A DNA stretch of 64,000 bases from Eledone cirrhosa. Lineage: Eukaryota. Shown here in pieces: positions 25,670 through 39,655 of the stretch. The stretch lies in assembly GCA_964016885.1 (NCBI GenBank), contig OZ024764.1, forward strand, positions 434,001 to 498,000. The letters are read 5' to 3'. Under the pieces are notes generated by a model, which searched no databases, was not told where the DNA came from, and was given only the letters and a program-made list of their open reading frames with translations. A program made the position numbers and the translations under genes. Positions within the stretch are counted from its first letter, which is position 1. Each line of letters starts with the position of its first letter.

Positions 25670-25670
<1 letters not shown>
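23530..25670 (-). mobile_element. Degraded Penelope-like retroelement (RT + GIY-YIG endonuclease), 5' truncated and frameshifted
   Basis: ORF pieces: YLLHKDHK...PTRPV...SMDVVSLYPSI; QNEGAAIGVSIA...YLRYVDDI...LPVLD; CKTRNVVYSIRC...YIGETARSIGERLDQH (GIY-YIG). Confidence 0.9.
23538..23585 (-). ncRNA. Hammerhead motif (family E) in the 3' pLTR of the Penelope element
   Basis: Reverse strand CCA-CTGATGA-TGTCACAGATGTGTGAT-GAAAGAACTT, lying downstream of the PLE ORF on the same strand. Confidence 0.6.
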
Positions 25671-25700
<30 letters not shown>

Positions 25701-25856
25701 GCATGCACTCGCGCACACACACACATTATTTATTATAATAACACATTAAAGTTTAAGCAAAGAATCACTGCTTTCACCCTTAACAACTCTTTGCTTAAAC
25801 TTTAATCTGTTATTATAATAAATATTTGCCCTACGAGTATATATATATATATATAT

Positions 25857-26088
25857 TTCCTTGAGCAAGACACTTTATTTCACGTTGCTCCAGTTTACTC
25901 AGCTGTAGAAATGAGATTATAGGGGCTGGTATCCCTATCATTCGTGGAGGTGCCACAGCAAAAAAGCACCCAGCACTCACTGTAAATGAGGTTGGTGTTA
26001 GGAAGGGCATCCAGCTGTAGAAATCAAGCCAGAATCAGTTCCCGTCCAACCCATGCAAGTAGGGAAAAGTGGACGCAAAATGAAATGA

Positions 26089-26092
<4 letters not shown>
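25857..26092 (+). mobile_element. CORE-SINE S1, 5' truncated
   Basis: Starts at CCTTGAGCAAGACAC; tail intact. Confidence 0.85.
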
Positions 26093-26131
<39 letters not shown>

Positions 26132-26441
26132 TATAAAAAGGAATAATAGATACAATATACCTATTTGTTTTCTTTCGTCCCGACTGTACAGTTTCGCTGG
26201 TCACTATGCAAAAATGTTATATCATAGATATATAACATTGTTGTGAGGTAAGCCAGCTTATCAAGGGAGCACCTCGGGGAAGAGCCCTAACTACATACAT
26301 CCGTAGCATGCGAGAAAATCTCAGAAAGGCGGAGGGAGACTCTATCACGTGATACACCGGTCAAGAAAGGGGATTAATCCCTTGCAGCAGTAAAAATATC
26401 TCAGAAGGCGGAGGGAGATATTGATATGATACATAGGCTAC

Positions 26442-26495
<54 letters not shown>

Positions 26496-26555
26496 ATATT
26501 GAACCGTTGAGGTATCTTTTCTTGGTTATGTCAAAATTTATAGAAACAAACTTTG

Positions 26556-26616
26556 TATTTTATCTGATGAAAGCGTACCAAAGTTTTGGTACCCTTGAAA
26601 TATATATAATAGAATA
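26556..26616 (+). ncRNA. Minimal type-I hammerhead ribozyme motif (family A), sense to AKAP1
   Basis: Stem I TATTTTAT/ATAGAATA, CTGATGA at 26564-26570, stem II AAGCGTACCA/TGGTACCCTT, GAAA-TATATA-TA. Confidence 0.8.
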
Positions 26617-26752
26617 AATATGGTTTTATAAATATAGTTTCCATTTATTTAATATCATCGAATATTATACTCCAGAAAACTTGTTGAGTGCTCTGAATCA
26701 GTTATAAACATTTATATTTGTTGAATTACCAACAAATTGAATATCCCTTTTG

Positions 26753-26805
<53 letters not shown>

Positions 26806-26934
26806 TTAGGGTAAACATTATTGCAATTCAATTCAAGCACTCAACGTACTTATTCCACATAGGAGTGACGGAGTAAATATCGAATAAGTAAAAGCGAAGT
26901 AGTTTCAGATGTTCAAGTCCTTTAATAATAATAA

Positions 26935-27010
26935 TGCTGTGATATATATTTCAATGGCGACACTGGCCACACTGTTCTGTGTGCGAGTGTCGTGACATCA
27001 TCAGACAGCT
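26935..27010 (-). ncRNA. Type-I hammerhead motif with extended stem II (family F)
   Basis: Reverse strand GCTGT-CTGATGA-...CGACACT...AGTGTCG...-GAAA-TATATA-TC-ACAGC (AUC site). Confidence 0.72.
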
Positions 27011-27370
27011 TGTTATATAATAAGGTTATGTTTCTGAAGCAATCCAAGTTGGATCGACATGGGAACGGACGAAGTGTGTGCTTTTGGGTTCTTCATCCGT
27101 TCCCCATGTGAGTACCAATTCACCCCCACCGGTCTGCGCAGGTGCATGTCCGAAGGAAGTTGACCATTAGCTACCACAGATTTCAACGAAATTTGCTTAG
27201 TCAGTTCCCCCTCTCAGCCAAACAATGACCCATTTAGGCCTGTACCATAGTTTACTGCTACCCGTCCCGTCTGTGGCAGTCAGCCGAAAGCCAGAGTGGA
27301 TGGGAGAGTGTTAGTTTTTACAGGTCACAATACTACCTCTCACCAAGCGTGGACAGTACGACTGACCATC

Positions 27371-27416
<46 letters not shown>

Positions 27417-27476
27417 CCTTATCGAGCCCTCTTCAGATTTTAGTCTTCACATTTATTATTACTATATACATACGCG

Positions 27477-27479
<3 letters not shown>

Positions 27480-27529
<50 letters not shown>

Positions 27530-28110
27530 ACACACATACACACACACACACAAACACATGCACACACATACACATGCACACACATGCACACACACACAAA
27601 CACACACACACACACACACATACACACACACATACACACACACACACAAACACATGCACACACATACACACACACACATACATACACACACACACAAACA
27701 CATGCACACACATACACACACACATGTATTTATCGCTTTTTCTATCTGCTTTGCTAAAATGTAAACAGTACTACTACTACTGCTGCTACTACTACTACTA
27801 CTACTACAACTATTTTACTACTACCATCAAGACCTTACTTCCACACCATGTTGTTGACTGTCAGTAGAGAGGTTGTGGGTGTGTGTGACTTGGGTGGTGG
27901 TGTTGTGGTGGTGGTGTGGTGTAGTGGTGGTGTGGTGGTGGTGACATGGTAGTGGTGTAGTGGTGGTGTAGTGGTGGTGGTGGTGGTGTAGTGGTGGTGT
28001 AGTGGTGTGGTGGTGGTGGTGGTGGTGTGGTGGTGGTGGTGTAGTGGTGGTGGTGTGGTGGTGTAGTGGTGGTGGTGTGGTGGTGGTGACATGGTAGTGG
28101 TGGTGGTGGT
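27480..28110. repeat. (CA)n, (TAC)n and (GGT)n microsatellites
   Basis: Direct inspection. Confidence 0.9.
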
Positions 28111-28224
28111 ATATTAAGTACTTTAAGAATTTGTGTGCAATACAGATACTCACACACACACATACACACACATACACACTCATACACACACACACATGCA
28201 TACACACATATATATATATATACA

Positions 28225-28565
28225 GGAGGCACATGGCTTAGTGGTTAGAGCATTGGCCTTGCAATCAAAAGGTTGTGAGTTCAATTCTCAGAGCGGGTGA
28301 TGTGTTGTTTCCTTGAGCAAGACACTTTATTTCACATTGCTCCAGTTTACTCAGCTGTAGAAATGAGATGATAGGGACTGGGGTCCCTATCATTCCACTG
28401 CAAAGTGGTCGTGGAGGTGCCACTGCAAAAAAGCACCCAGCACTCACTGTAAATGAGGTTGGTGTTAGGAAGGGCATCCAGCTGTAGAAATCAAGCCAGA
28501 ATCAGTTCCCGTCCCACCCTTGCAAGCAGGGAGAAGCGGACGTAAAATGATGATGATGATGATGA
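28225..28565 (+). mobile_element. CORE-SINE S1, full length
   Basis: Near-identical to 7767-8113. Confidence 0.9.
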
Positions 28566-28664
28566 TACACACTCACACACATATATATACATATATACAC
28601 ATACATATATATATATACATATATACACACACATATATATATATACATATATACACACACACAC

Positions 28665-28715
<51 letters not shown>

Positions 28716-28734
28716 CACACTCGCACACATACAC

Positions 28735-28787
<53 letters not shown>

Positions 28788-29640
28788 CATATATACACAC
28801 ACATATATATATACATATATACACACACACATATATATATATATACATATATACACACACACATATATATATATACATATATACACACACATATATATAT
28901 ATATACATATACACACACACACATATATATATACATATATACACACACACATATATATATATACATATATACACACATATATATATATATACATATATAC
29001 ACACACACATATATATATATACATATATACACACACATATATATATATACATATATACACACACACATATATATATACATATATATACACACACATATAT
29101 ATATATATACATATATACACACACACATATATATACATATATACACACACATATATATATATATACATATATACACACACATATATATATATATACATAT
29201 ATACACACACATATATATATATACATATATACACACACATATATATATACATATATACACACACACATATATATATACATATATACACACACACATATAT
29301 ATATACATATATACACACACATATATATATATACATATATACACACACATATATATATATACATATATACACACACACATATATATATATATATACATAT
29401 ATACACACACATATATATATATACATATATACACACACACATATATATATATACATACACACTCACTCACACACACATATATATATATATATATATACAT
29501 ACACACTCACTCACACACACATATATATATATATATACATACACACTCACTCACACACACATATATATATATATACATATATACACACTCACTCACACAC
29601 ACATATATATATATATACATATATACACACATATATATAT
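28566..29640. repeat. (TA)n(CA)n compound array
   Basis: Direct inspection. Confidence 0.9.
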
Positions 29641-29914
29641 GAATCAATTATTCTGCAAAACTAGTTGTTTTCAAACAAAAAAATGACCACCATCATCATC
29701 ATCATCATCATCATTCAACATCTTATTTTCCTTGCTTGCAGGGGTCAGATGAGTTCCCTACACTGTGGGGCCAGTCTGGTCAGTTGACCACACCAAACCT
29801 GACTCGGATGGAACTGAATTTTAGCTGGGTTTGTTACAGCTGGATACCCTTCCTAACAAGATGGTTGGATAACATCCTTGAGCTTGGCTGGTCTCCCTTG
29901 GGGGTCCAGCTGGA

Positions 29915-30652
29915 GATGGTTGCTTCTGACCCACTGGAGGGAGTGTTTGAGGACTCTGGCCCCTTGACCCTCTCAGGAATAAATGGGGAAGAGATGGTTG
30001 CTTCTGACCTATTGGAGGGAGTTTTTGAGGACTCTGACCCTCTCAGGAATAAATAGGGAAGAGTTAGTTGCTTCTGACAGGTCCTATTGGAGGGAGTTTT
30101 TGAGGACTCTGACCCCTTGACCCTCTCAGGAATAAATAGGGAAGAGATAGTTGCTTCTGATAGGACCTATTGGAGGGAGTGTTTGAGGACTCTGACCCCT
30201 TGACCCTCTCAGGAATAAATGGGGAAGAGATAGTTGCTTCTGTCAGGACCTATTGGAGGGAGTTTTTGAGGACTCTGACCCCTTGACCCTCTCAGGAATA
30301 AATAGGGAAGAGATAGTTGCTTCTGACAGGTCCTATTGGAGGGAGTTTTTGAGGACTCTGACCCCTTGACCCTCTCAGGAATAAATAGGGAAGAGATAGT
30401 TGCTTCTGAGGGAAGAGATAGTTGCTTCTGACAGGACCTGCTGGAAGGAGTGTTTGAGGACTCTGACCCCTTGACCCTCTCAGGAATAAATAGGGATGAG
30501 ATAGTTGCTTCTGACAGGACCTATTGGAGGGAGTGTTTGAAGACTCTGACCCCTTGAACCTCTCAGGAATATATAGGGATGAGATAGTTGCTTCTGACAG
30601 GACCTATTGGAAGGAGTGTTTGAAGACTCTGACCCCACGATCATCTCAGGAA
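29915..30652. repeat. 83-bp minisatellite, ~9 copies
   Basis: GTTGCTTCTGACAGGACCTATTGGAGGGAGT..GAGGACTCTGACCCCTTGACCCTCTCAGGAATAAATAGGGAAGAGATA recurs at 30067, 30150 and onward. Confidence 0.9.
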
Positions 30653-31621
30653 TCTACAGTGTGGGGCTGGGTAGTTACACTTATTAGGGAAGTCTGGCCA
30701 GTTAGCCACACCTATCTTGCTCATATGGGACTGAAGCTTTAGGTGGGTTTTTACGGCTACTGGGTGCCTTTCCAGACACCAACCGTGTTAGTGTGGGACT
30801 GGGTGGGTCTGTTATGAGAGGGTTCTGACAAATTGGTTGTGCTATACCATGTCTTGCTCGTACAGAACTGATTCTGGCTTGATTTCTACAGCTGGATGCC
30901 CTTCCTAACACCAACCTCATTTACAGTGTGGGCTGGGTGCTTTTTACCATGTCACCATCATGACCACTTTACCTGTTCCCATGGAAGGGTGGGATGGGCT
31001 GATACATGCTATATATATATGCTTCGGCCTGTGCCTGTGGGAAGTCGGGTCTTCTGTATTACCTCATAACACCAGAGATCTCGATCCTGGTCAGCTTTTA
31101 TCACTTCATCCCAAGTCTTCCTGGGTCTCCCCATTCCAAGTCTTCCATCGACTGTGACTGATCTGCACCATTTTTTATCATATAACATCCATTTTCCATG
31201 CTATACACATATATATATATAGGCCGGTTCGCATTTTTTCTCTCTCTCGTCTACGATTTCACAGAACTTATGTTTACTGAATTCACGGACTAGACCCCTT
31301 CTTCCTCCCGTTAGACCTGTGCGAAATTCCTTCCTTGCTCACATTTCAACCAGGTTTGATGGTCTTTATTCTCTCTCGTTCATGATTTCACCGAACTTAT
31401 ATTCATGGAAATTTGGGACTTGACTCTTTCTTCCTCACTTTTCGTTGCTTCACCATCTTTGTTTGTTTACACTCTCGCTGTTGCCTTTATTTACGTGTCC
31501 CAACGACTTTCTTTTGCCGTTGCTCGCACCAACCGGAGGTATATGGTCTTTAAAGCGAAGAAATACCAATGATGGTTGGAAGATCGCTGATGAAGGACCA
31601 CTTTATTCATATATATATATA

Positions 31622-31962
31622 TCATTTCATCATCATCATCATTTCATTTTACGTCCGCTTTTTCCCTGCTTGCAAGGGTGGGACGGGAACTGATTCTGGC
31701 TTGATTTCTACAGCTGGATGCCCTTCCTAACACCAACCTCATTTACAGTGAGTGCTGGGTGCTTTTTTGCCATGGCACCTCCACGACCACTTTGCAGTGG
31801 AATGATAGGGACCCCAGTCCCTATCATCTCATTTCTACAGCTGAGTAAACTGGAGCAATGTGAAATAAAGTGTCTTGCTCAAGGAAACAACACATCACCC
31901 GGTCTGAGAATTGAACTCACAACCTTTCGATTGCAAGGCCAATGCTCTAACCACTAAGCCAT
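31622..31962 (-). mobile_element. CORE-SINE S1, near full length
   Basis: Reverse complement of 7767-8113. Confidence 0.9.
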
Positions 31963-31974
31963 ATATATATATAT

Positions 31975-32112
31975 GAGAGGGATGAACACAGATATAAGAA
32001 TACATGTGTTCCAATTGCAAATGACCAAGTTAGCTAGCTATTTTTCAACCTAGCTAACTTGGTCATTTGCAATTGGAACACATGTATAGTTGTATCTGTG
32101 TTGACCCCTCTC
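31975..32112. repeat. ~140-bp hairpin (inverted repeat)
   Basis: ATACATGTGTTCCAATTGCAAATGACCAAGTTAGCTAG / CTAGCTAACTTGGTCATTTGCAATTGGAACACATGTAT. Confidence 0.8.
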
Positions 32113-32203
32113 ATATATCCAATTATATTACACGGCTTGGAAAGATTCCCTTCTTTGAGCTATTTAATTGTAGAAGACTATTTTGAGTTTCTAACTCAAT
32201 CTA

Positions 32204-32253
<50 letters not shown>

Positions 32254-32297
32254 AAGTTAAATAAAAGTCAAATGATTAAAATTTAGCTTCGTTTATT

Positions 32298-32353
32298 ACT
32301 GCTATATATATTTCAGTGACAGCCATCTTTGGCTGTGACCTCTTCAGGCAGTT
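32298..32353 (-). ncRNA. Type-I hammerhead motif (family G)
   Basis: Reverse strand ACTGC-CTGAAGA-GGTCACAGCCA-AAGA-TGGCTGTCACT-GAAA-TATATA-TA-GCAGT. The same core occurs on + at 55305-55359. Confidence 0.8.
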
Positions 32354-32721
32354 TGAATTAGTGTGGTATAGACAAGTACATATGTTGTTGAGGTGTATAA
32401 TATTGTCAATACTCTGATATGCCCAGTTCCTGGTTGGGTTGTTAATTCACTGAGGAACTGGAGTCATAAATCTATATATATATATATATATATGCAAAAG
32501 TTCTATTTAAATTGTTGGGATACAACAAGCAAATATTTTTATAACTGATATAAAGCACTCAACAAATATTTGGAGTAAAAATACGATATTAACAAATGGA
32601 AACTATATTTATAAAACCATATTTATTTCATTATACATATTTCTATCCGTGAGCTTCCAACAGCAATAGTTGCATTCTTTAAGGGTATGTCAATATTTAT
32701 TTATAAAACTGCTCTATATTA

Positions 32722-32786
32722 TATTTTATCTGATGAAAGCACACCATAATTTAACTTGGTGTCCTTGAAATAAGTATAATGAAATA
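32722..32786 (+). ncRNA. Minimal hammerhead motif (family A) inside an inverted-arm element (32493-32823)
   Basis: TATTTTAT-CTGATGA (32730-32736)-AAGCACACCA...TGGTGTCCTT-GAAA-TAAGTA-TA-ATGAAATA. Confidence 0.7.
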
Positions 32787-32824
32787 AATATGGTTTTATA
32801 AATATAGTTTCCATTTGTTAATAT

Positions 32825-32855
<31 letters not shown>

Positions 32856-33367
32856 GGTTATAGTTGGGGAAGGTCATATTGCTGTAATATTGCCAGAAAT
32901 AACAGAACACACTCACTGTTTGGTGTGGGTTGGTTTTCACTTCTGTATCTTTTATATCTCCATAGTTAATTTATTTGGCAATCAATGTTTGTCATTGATT
33001 GACCAACAGTTAAAAATACAGATATAAGTATATATATCTATATATATATATATATATATAGTCTATCAAAGTTCTTGCGTCACACATCTATGACATCATC
33101 AGTGGTACTCTTGTTTCCTCCCGTTGTATTGCAATGTCTACGTCATTTTTATATTATGTCAACATGAATGGACCTGTTATTTTTATCTAAAGATATTTTT
33201 TCCAATTCCACCCCACCCGTCCCCTCTATCTGTCTTATTTCTCATTCTTTCTTCTGATGAAGGACTAGCGTCCAAAACGTTAAGCCCCTCTTCTTGCTAT
33301 ATCAAGCGTTAACCTAATATATCCCTTCCATATACTGTACTGATTGTGTTATTTTTGTTTACCTTTT

Positions 33368-33399
<32 letters not shown>

Positions 33400-34145
33400 C
33401 ATCATTTTACGTCCGCCCTTCCCTGCTTGCAAGGGTGGGATGGGTCTTATTTAGCACAGCATCTCTCCACTCATCACGGTCCTTCGTCATCTCCACCGTA
33501 AGCTTCAACAATCTGAAGTCTGTTCTCACCACCTCTGCCCATGTTTTTCGTGGTCTACCTCTACCACGTCTTCCTTCAACTGGCAATTCCTGGCACTTCT
33601 TCACCCATCGGTCATCCTCCATGCACATCACATGTCCATACCACCCCAGTCTCCTCTCCCGTACACTACATTCTATCCCTCTCAGACACAGTTTCTCTCT
33701 CAACACATTCATGCTGGGTCGTTCACATACATTGACATTGCACATCCAACGGAGCATGCTTGCCTCATTTCTCTCCAGCTGTCGCATATCTTCTGCAGTT
33801 GCTGCCCATGTCTTACTACCATGCAGCATCGCGCTCCTCACACATGCATCATATAACCGGCCTTTCGTTCACAGGGAGAAACCCTTCTTCGTCAACAGAG
33901 GAAGCAGCTCCCTAAACTTCTTCCAACCCGCCCTTATTCTAGATACTATGGCCTCGGAGCACCCTCCTCCCTTACTAATCTGATCACCTAGATACCGGAA
34001 GCTATCAACTTCTATAGAACCTGCCTGCATTTAAAAATGTGTCTATCACTGCGACTTCTACTGCCAACTTTCCCTGTACATCTACTGCATATGAAGTTCT
34101 CCCTACCTGTTAGTTTGCCTGCTACCTCGCTACATCTCTTGTGGA
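33400..34145 (-). mobile_element. RTE-clade LINE, 5'-truncated 3' portion
   Basis: RSAMLHGSKTW...LERNEASMLRWM...RRLGWYGHV...RGRGRPRKTW...DRDEWR. Its 3' tail closely matches the S1 SINE tail. Confidence 0.9.
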
Positions 34146-34297
34146 CCTTATATATCTCTTGTCTCCCCCAGCAGCAGTCTGATGACAGCCTCAAGAACCA
34201 ATAAGTTCTCCCTACCTGTTAGTTTACCTGCTACCCCGCTACATCACACAAGAGATGTAGCGGGGTAGCAGGTAAACTAACAGGTAGGGAGAACTTA

Positions 34298-34420
34298 TAT
34301 CTCTTGTCTTATATCTCTTGTCTTATATCTCTTGTCTTATATCTCTTGTCTTATATCTCTTGTCTTATATTTCTTGTCTTATATCTCTTGTCTTATATCT
34401 CTTGTCTTATATCTCTTGTC
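34298..34420. repeat. 14-bp tandem repeat (ATATCTCTTGTCTT) forming the polypyrimidine tract of the KH exon
   Basis: ~9 copies directly upstream of CCCCAGCAGCAG. Confidence 0.9.
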
Positions 34421-34427
34421 TCCCCAG

Positions 34428-34620
34428 CAGCAGTCTGATGACAGCCTCAAGAACCAATCATCAAAGACCATTTATGAATTTTACTTCCCATCGGACCTTT
34501 GTGGACGCTTGATTGGTCGACAGGGAAAGACCATCTCTCAGATAAAGGAACGGTCCGGCGCCTACCTCACCCTGCAGCCGAGTCCCTACACACCTAACCA
34601 TCAAATATGTTCCATAGACG
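34428..34620 (+). CDS. AKAP1: AKAP1 coding exon 2 (KH domain, N-terminal part)
   Basis: QQSDDSLKNQSSKTIYEFYFPSDLCGRLIGRQGKTISQIKERSGAYLTL...ICSID, with the KH GxxG loop (GRQG). Acceptor CAG, donor GTGAGA at 34621, phase 0 to 1. Confidence 0.92.
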
Positions 34621-34629
34621 GTGAGACCA

Positions 34630-34737
34630 CACGCATACACACACACACATAGACACATACACACATACTCATACACGCACACGCACACACAGACATACTC
34701 ATACACACACACACACACATACACACAGACAGACATA

Positions 34738-34774
<37 letters not shown>

Positions 34775-37700
34775 TCATACACACACATTCATACAGACAC
34801 AGACATACTCATACACACACACACATAGACACAGACATACTCATACACACACATAGACACAGACATACTTCTACACACACAGACAGACATACTCACACGC
34901 ACACACACATAGACAAAGACATACTCATACACACACATACATAGACACAGACATACTCATACGCACACATACATACATAGACATACTCATACACACACAT
35001 ACATAGACACAGACATACTCATACGCACACATACATACATAGACATACTCATACGCACACATACATAGACACAGACATACTCATACGCACACATACATAC
35101 ATACTCATACACACACATACATAGACACAGACATACTCATACACACACACACATAGACACAGACATACTCATACACACACATACATAGACAGACATACTC
35201 ATACGCACACATACATACATAGACATACTCATACACACACATACATAGACACAGACATACTCATACGCACACATACATAGACACAGACATACTCATACAC
35301 ACACATACATAGACACAGACATACTCATACGCACACATACATAGACACAGACATACTCATACGCACACATACATAGACACAGACATACTCATACGCACAC
35401 ATACATACACATAAACACAGACATATTCATACACACACATACATACATAGACATACTCCTACGCACACACACATAGACACAGACATACTCATACACACAC
35501 ATACATACATAGACATACTCATACACACACATACATAGACACAGACATTCTCATACGCACACATACATAGACACAGACATACTCATACGCACACATACAT
35601 ACACATAGACATACTCATACACACACACACATACACATAGACACAGACATACTCATACACACACACACAATACATAGACACAGACATACTCATACGCACA
35701 CATACATAGACACAGACATACTCATACGCACACATACATAGACACAGACATACTCATACGCACACACACATAGACACAGACATACTCATACGCACACATA
35801 GACTCAGACATACTCATACGCACACATACATAGACACAGACATACTCATACACACACATACATACACATAGACATACTCATACACACACATACATACACA
35901 TAGACATACTCATACGCACACATACATACATAGACACAGACATACTCATACGCACACATACATAGACACAGACATACTCATACACACACATACATACACA
36001 TAGACATACTCATACACACACACACATACATAGACACAGACATACTCATATGCACACATACATACATAGACATACTCATACACACACATACATAGACACA
36101 GACATACTCATACGCACACACACATAGACACAGACATACTCATACGCACACATACATACATAGACATACTCATACACACACATACATAGACACAGACATA
36201 CTCATACGCACACACACATAGACACAGACACACTCATACGCACACATACATAGACACAGACATACTCATACACACACATACATACACATAGACATACTCA
36301 TACACACACACACATACATAGACACAGACATACTCATACGCACACATACATACATAGACATACTCATACACACACATACATAGACACAGACATACTCATA
36401 CACACACACACATAGACACAGACATACTCATACACACACATACATACACATAGACATACTCATACACACACACACATACATAGACACAGACATACTCATA
36501 CGCACACATACATACATAGACATACTCATACACACACATACATAGACACAGACATACTCATACGCACACACACATAGACACAGACACAGACATACTCATA
36601 CGCACACATACATAGACACAGACATACTCATACACACACATACATACACATAGACATACTCATACACACACACACATACATAGACACAGACATACTCATA
36701 CGCACACATACATACATAGACATACTCATACACACACATACATAGACACAGACATACTCATACGCACACACACATAGACACAGACATACTCATACGCACA
36801 CATACATACATAGACATACTCATACACACACATACATAGACACAGACATACTCATACGCACACATACATACATAGACATACTCATACGCACACATACATA
36901 CATAGACATACTCATACACACACATACATAGACACAGACATACTCATACGCACACACACATAGACACAGACACAGACATACTCATACGCACACACACATA
37001 GACACAGACATACTCATACACACACACACATACATAGACACAGACATACTCATACGCACACATACATAGACACACATACTCATACGCACACATACATACA
37101 TAGACATACTCATACACACACATACATAGACACACATACTCATACGCACACATACATACATAGACATACTCATACGCACACATACATAGACACACATACT
37201 CATACGCACACATACATACATAGACATACTCATACGCACACATACATAGACACACATACTCATACGCACACATACATACACAGACATACTCATACGCACA
37301 CATACATAGACACAGACATACTCATACACACATACACATAGACACAGACATACTCATACACACACATACATACATAGACATACTCATACACACACATACA
37401 TAGACACAGACATACTCATACACACACATACATAGACAGACATACTCATACGCACACACACATAGACACACACATACATACATAGACATACTCATACGCA
37501 CACACACATAGACACAGACATACTCATACACACACATACATAGATACAGACATACTCATACACACACATACATAGACACAGACATACTCATACACACACA
37601 TACATAGACACAGACATACTCATACACACACACACATACATAGACACAGACATACTCATACACACACATACATAGACACAGACATACTCATACACACACA

Positions 37701-38462
37701 TACATACACATAGACACAGACATACTCATACGCACACATACATACATAGACATACTCATACACACACATACATAGACACAGACATACTCATATACACACA
37801 CTTAAACATACAGAGACACCTACATTTGCACACACACACACACACACACACACACCTATATATAGACAGACATACTCATATACACACACACTTAAACATA
37901 GAGACACCTACATTTGCAGACACACACACACACATACACTTACACATACAGAGACACCTACACATACACACATAGACACAAGTACACACATACATACACA
38001 CACATAGATACACGTGCACACACATACACACACGCACACATATAGACAGACATACATACACACACTTAGAGATACAGAGACCTACATTCACACACACACA
38101 CACACACACATAGACATATTTACATACACACACATACATACATACATACATACATACACACATACATACATACATGCACACACACACACACACACACAGA
38201 CATACTTACATAGACACACACCTACACATATAGACACATGCACACATACATGCGCACGCACACACACACAGACTTACTTACATACACACACACTTAAACA
38301 TACATAGACACACACATACACACACATACATACATGCACACACACACAGACATGCACACACACACGGACATACTTACATACACACACACTTAAACGTACA
38401 TAGACACACACCTACACATACACACACATATAGACACGTGCACACATACGCACGCACACACG

Positions 38463-38515
<53 letters not shown>

Positions 38516-38520
38516 AAACA
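34630..38520. repeat. ~3.9 kb CA-derived minisatellite (AGACATACTCATAC(A/G)CACACATACAT)
   Basis: Direct inspection. Confidence 0.9.
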
Positions 38521-38559
38521 TACAGAGACACCCACACTTGCAGACACCCACACATTCCC

Positions 38560-38796
38560 AGTTTTTTCATAAAGACAAAGGAACGATAGACTTTCGTCAA
38601 ATCGGACCGAGGAAACAATGTTTCCGTTGGTCTTTCCAATTGCTAATACTATCTATCAGTCGCAACTCCAGGTAGAAGGAGCAACGTGAAATAAAGTGTC
38701 TTGCTCAAGGACATATCGCATCGCCTGGACCAGGGATCGAACTGACAACCTCAACATTGTGATCCAGTTCTCTAACCACTCAGCCACACGCCTTCA
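38560..38796 (-). mobile_element. Diverged CORE-SINE, family S3
   Basis: Reverse strand: GAAGGCGTGTGGCTGAGTGGTTAGAG...GTTCGATCCC...CCTTGAGCAAGACACTTTATTTCAC, with a 3' body different from S1. Confidence 0.7.
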
Positions 38797-38827
38797 CTAA
38801 AGACATACATATATATAATATCCAACT

Positions 38828-38892
38828 TTCTCTCTCTCTGTCTTCTCTCTCCTCTCTCTCTCTTCTCTCTCTCTCTCTCTCTGTCTTCTCTC

Positions 38893-38926
<34 letters not shown>

Positions 38927-39544
38927 CTCCGTCTTCTCTCTTCTCTCTCTGTCTTCTCTCCTCTCTCTCTTCTCTCTCTCTGTCTTCTCTCCTCTCTCTC
39001 TCTTCTCTCTCTCTGTCTTCTCTCTCTCTGTCTTCTCTCCTCTCTCTCTCTCTCTCCTCTCCGTCTTCTCTCTTCTCTCTCTCCGTCTTCTCCTCTCTCT
39101 CTCTCCTCTCTCCCTCTCACCTCTCCTCTCCTCTCTCTCACCTCTCCTCTCCTCTCTCTCACCTCTCACCTCTCCTCTTACCTCTCCTCTCTCTTTTCTC
39201 TCACCTTCTCTCCTCTCTCTTCTCTCTCACCTTCTCTCCTCTCTCTTCTCTCTCACCTCTCTCTCCTCTCTCTTCTCTCTCACCTTCTCTCTCTTCTCTC
39301 TCACCTTCTCTCTCTTCTCTCTCACCTTCTCTCCTCTCTCTCTTTTCTTACCTTCTCTCCTCTCTCTTCTCTCTCACCTTCTCTCCTCTCTCACCTTCTC
39401 TCCTCTCTCTTCTCTCCTCTCTCTTCTCTCCTCTCTCTTCTCTCTCACCTTCTCTCCTCTCTCTTCTCTCTCACCTTCTCTCCTCTCTCTCCTCTCTCAC
39501 CTTCTCTCCTCTCTCTTCTCTCTCACCTTCTCTCCTCTCTCTCC

Positions 39545-39545
<1 letters not shown>
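38828..39545. repeat. (CT)n-rich polypyrimidine array
   Basis: Direct inspection. Confidence 0.9.
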
Positions 39546-39575
<30 letters not shown>

Positions 39576-39655
39576 TAACCATCTCTCTCTTACTCTCAAC
39601 TCCCCTCTCTCTCTCTATATATATATAATATCCACCCCTCTCTCTCTTCCCACAG

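Noticed and set aside
33061-33290. Hammerhead-like motifs at 33061-33110(-) and 33254(+)
   Set aside because: Catalytic GAAA is mutated (GCAA, AAAA); counted only as decayed copies. Similar decayed cores lie at ~487, ~27033, ~44180 and ~46262.
21950-34147. Additional AKAP1 exon between the giant exon and the KH exon
   Set aside because: Phases already match (0/0) and no convincing open exon was seen; a small exon cannot be excluded without RNA data.
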